A stretch of 63,810 nt of DNA, filler included, from Reclinomonas americana ATCC 50394 (taxonomy: Eukaryota): assembly GCA_048213135.1 (NCBI GenBank). It is 5 parts of 4 records of this genome, joined end to end, with 100 filler letters (N's around TTAATTAATTAA, not from the genome) between each part and the next. Parts side by side here need not be neighbours in the genome. Positions count along the whole stretch, not along the records: positions 60,659 to 63,810 come from PS015301.1; 4 more parts are not named here. The stretch is one strand, 5' to 3'. Positions 60,660-63,810 of this stretch are shown here, one piece after another. The position numbers and the translations under genes are program-made. Numbering within the stretch: the first letter of the stretch is position 1; each line of letters opens with the position of its first letter. The notes beneath the pieces are model-generated. The model ran no database searches. It was not told the DNA's origin and saw nothing but the letters and a program-made list of their open reading frames with translations.

Positions 60660-63460
60660 CCGTGCTGGCTCACCATAATTATTCGCGTCTGCTTCTCCGT
60701 CGCGCGTTTTACGCGTGGCGTCGCATGCCTGCCGAAATCAATCAACCCAAGCGCGAGCGCAATCTGTTCCTGACACGTGAGTACGCACGCACGTTGTCGT
60801 CTTGTTTTCTGCTCCTCACACCGGCGCACGTGCAGGACACTATCGGTTCATGCTCATGGCTCGCTGCTTCCGTGCCATGCAAGAATTTTGTGTGCTACGC
60901 GACGGCAGCAAGCAAGAGGTGGCGCAGGCCAAGAATTTCTACCTGAAGGCGGTGGTGCGACGATTCTTTGGCAAGTGGAAGCATCAGCTGGCTGCTGTGG
61001 CCTCGCGCAAGGCTTCCGACCGCAAGATCTATCGCTGCCGCTTGCGACACATGTTCCGGCGGTGGCGGCTGTTCATTGCCCTCCGTCGCTCGGCGCACCA
61101 GCGCATTGTCAATGCCGCCCTGCGCAGTCGGCGACGACTGCTGCGCAAGTGCTTCGAGGCACTCCGTCAGGTTCGGTCTCTCTGTTTCTCTTATTCTCTA
61201 CTCTGTCATTACGCGCGCGCTCACTGTCGTGCGCTGCACAGGTGGTTGCCATGAAGCATCGTCGCACTGGCCGAAAGGCGTCTGCTGCCGAGCAGTACTT
61301 CCGCCGTATCACGGAACGCGCCTTTTACGCGTGGATGGAGCACCACCGACAGGCACAGGAGGAGAAGGAGCGAGCGCTGCAAAAGGCGCGCGAGGGAGTG
61401 GCCGATGTATTTTACGAGTGGCGGGCGGCGGTGGCGGAGGTGCGACGAGTGCGCCACGCTGCGGCTGCCGCCGACATGTTGCAGACGGATTTGCAACGCC
61501 GCCGTCTGCGCACCATTCTGCTCGCGTGGTCGCGTGTGGCTCGTCGTGAGGTTTTGCTGAAACAGTTTGGCACACTGCTGGCCCACCAGCAGAGCCGCCG
61601 GTACCAGCGTGTCGCCTTCTCGTTCTGGTTCAAGCGGATGCATGTGTCACTGCGACAGTCGTTCAATGCTATGCGGTCGCACTTTGCGGTCATTCAGCAG
61701 ACGGCGGAGGAGCAGGGCGCCAAGGCCACGTCGACAGACCTGGAGAACCTGCAGCTGATTGACAATCTGCAGACGCTGTCGGGCGAGAACTCTCGTCTTN
61801 NNNNNNNNNNNNNNNNNNNCTGCGATTCCTGAATGATCGTGAGGCGGAGCTGGTAAGTGCTTTGCGAGAGCATTTCCCCTGTCTGATGGCTCATTTCTCC
61901 CTTCTTGGTGTATTTAGCGTGAGGTGCAGCACACAATGGAGGAGAACATGATCATGGAGAACTCGCTGCGCACGGAGATCGACAAGTACAGGTCGCAGGT
62001 CATTGAGCTGGAGGAGCAAGTCATGTTCTTGAAGGAGACCATTCAGAATCGACAGGACGACAGCGCCGCCAGCGCCGTTGCCATCACCATGGACCTGCAG
62101 CAGGCGCACGCCATTATCGATGAGCTACGCTCGTCTCTGCAAGGTCCGCTGCCGCTTGTGGCATGTTCTTTGTATCCTGTTGCTCAACCCCCTCGTACGT
62201 GTTGAATGACGCAGAAAAGGAGCAGCAGCTGCATGTGACCAAGCGCACGCTGGAGGACGCCCTGGAGAAGCTGGACCGCAGCAACAGTGATTCGTCGGAG
62301 AAGCTGGCCGCGGCATTTGACATTGCCGCCGAATTGCGACGAGTGCTGGAGGAGAAGGACGAGCACGTGCGCAGACTGGAGAGCACCAACGAGGCACAAC
62401 AGCATGCGATTAATGAGTATCAGCGCAAGCTCGACTCGTCGGTGGAGGACGTCATTCATCGCCTGCACGACAAGGACGACGAAGTGCGTCTGCTGCGGTC
62501 GCAGATTGCCGAGTTCCAGGTACTGTGTGATAACAACAGTACCTTTTTCATTCCACCCCGTCGCTCACGCTGCCATTGCAGGAAACGTACGCCAATTTGA
62601 GCGACGAGTTGGAGGCCACTCGTCGTGCCATGGACGAGCGCGACGCTCTGGTGCGCAAGCTGCGCTACGAAATCGAGCTGCTCACCGACCGTGACCGTGA
62701 GCGAACGACGTCGGTGGTGGAGGAGAGCCGGCGGCTAGCCGATGGTGCTCTGGGCGGCCTGGCGGCGCCTGTGCGCTCGCTCGACGCTGAAGTCTCGCGT
62801 CAATTGTCGGCCATCAAGCAGGGCCAGCAGGCGTTTGAGACGTCGGAGCGGGAGCGCCGGGCGGCAGGTGCTGACTTTGATTACCGCCGGCGAGCGTTTG
62901 AGGGCGAGGTTCGTGACAACTCTGTCGTTTATTCTCCCTCTTGTCTGTTTCTTTGCTTTTTCTGATCCCCCTCCTGACAGTTCTACTCGTCCGCGGCCGC
63001 ACCGTCGTCCGAGTCGTTGAGTGCACCGGCCAGCATGCGGTACGGCACCTCGCAGCCGCTGTCGCAGAGCTTGCTCGGCAACACCACCGTGGGTGGCTCC
63101 ACTCGCGCCCCCGCCGACTACAGCGGACCGTCGGCGGCACCTGCAGCAGCTACTGCACGCTTCGCGTCGCCGACCCGCGTGTCGGGAGACATGCTCAACG
63201 ACGAGATCGAGCGCCTGCAGAGTCGCATTCGTGAGCGCCTGGTCAGCGCCGGTGCCGGCGATGCGCCACTGTCGTCATCGTCTGCAGGCTCCACCCCCGG
63301 CGGCTCGCAGCTGTCGCCCGTGTCAGCCTCGCTGATGGCACACGCGTCGGTGCACGACGACCCGATTGCACTGTCGAGCTTGTCGCCGGCGACACGAGCG
63401 TACGCCCCTCGCTCGTCTCGAGCCCAAGTCGAGCAGCTGCTCAGCAGCACTCGCGACTAG
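60660..63460 (+). CDS. Sfi1-repeat (centrin-binding-like) protein with a C-terminal coiled coil (5'-partial)
   Basis: Periodic F..W motifs RRAFYAWRR, RRFFGKWKH, RHMFRRWRL, ERAFYAWME, ADVFYEWRA, RTILLAWSR and RVAFSFWFK, followed by long E/L/K heptads. Stop TAG 63458-63460. Confidence 0.75.
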
Positions 63461-63737
63461 TTGCGTCAGTGGAGAGACAAGAAAGAAAAAAGAGAGAGAA
63501 ACTTGCCATGCTGACTATCGTTGCTGTATCAGTTCGCAAGCGTACCTGCGATGAAATGATGCCGACGAGGAGGGAGGAAGCGTAAAAAATGGCCTTGTAG
63601 TGGCGTAGTGCGTGTGATACGTGTGTTGTGTTTTTCCTTTAAGCGACGTAAACAAGAAAAGAATAAACAAGAAATGAGACTTGCATTTTCGCGCGTATAA
63701 AAGCTCTCATTGCATTCCCGAACAACAAGATTAGAGA

Positions 63738-63810
63738 ATGATGAGAGCCTCTCACCTCATCGCGCTCCTCGTGTGCGTGCTCTCCTGCACACTCGCCAGC
63801 GCCTCTCTAA
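63738..63810 (+). CDS. Start of a secreted or membrane protein (signal peptide only)
   Basis: MMRASHLIALLVCVLSCTLASASL has an n-h-c signal peptide pattern and runs off the window end. Confidence 0.55.
   Translation, partial: MMRASHLIALLVCVLSCTLASASL

Overview
Gene-dense, GC-rich, intron-rich eukaryotic (protist-like) genomic DNA, not prokaryotic. It consists of several contigs joined by N-padded TTAATTAATTAA linkers, with pyrosequencing-type TACG noise next to microsatellites. Most introns are about 55-100 nt and GT-AG. Manual splicing supports about 17 genes, including STMP1-like, ribosomal eS7, a TPX2-like protein, a degenerate fatty-acid-hydroxylase-family protein, a 15.5-kb polycystin-1/REJ-GPS receptor with about 16 FN3-like repeats, a PMCA-type Ca2+-ATPase (truncated), a U-box protein, an IQGAP/Gap1-type RasGAP-domain protein, a large Ig-like/NHL surface protein and an Sfi1-repeat protein. 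The main unexplained signal is a two-register 5' splice-site system. Besides normal donors (GTGAGT, GTGCGT, GTACGT), I found 37 frame-supported donors carrying the same consensus shifted by one base (GTTGAGT, GTTGCGT, GTTACGT, GTTTCGT). Of these, 34 follow an exon that does not end in G, and in duplicated modules the register switches with the -1 base. All gene models are hand-inferred without transcript or database support.
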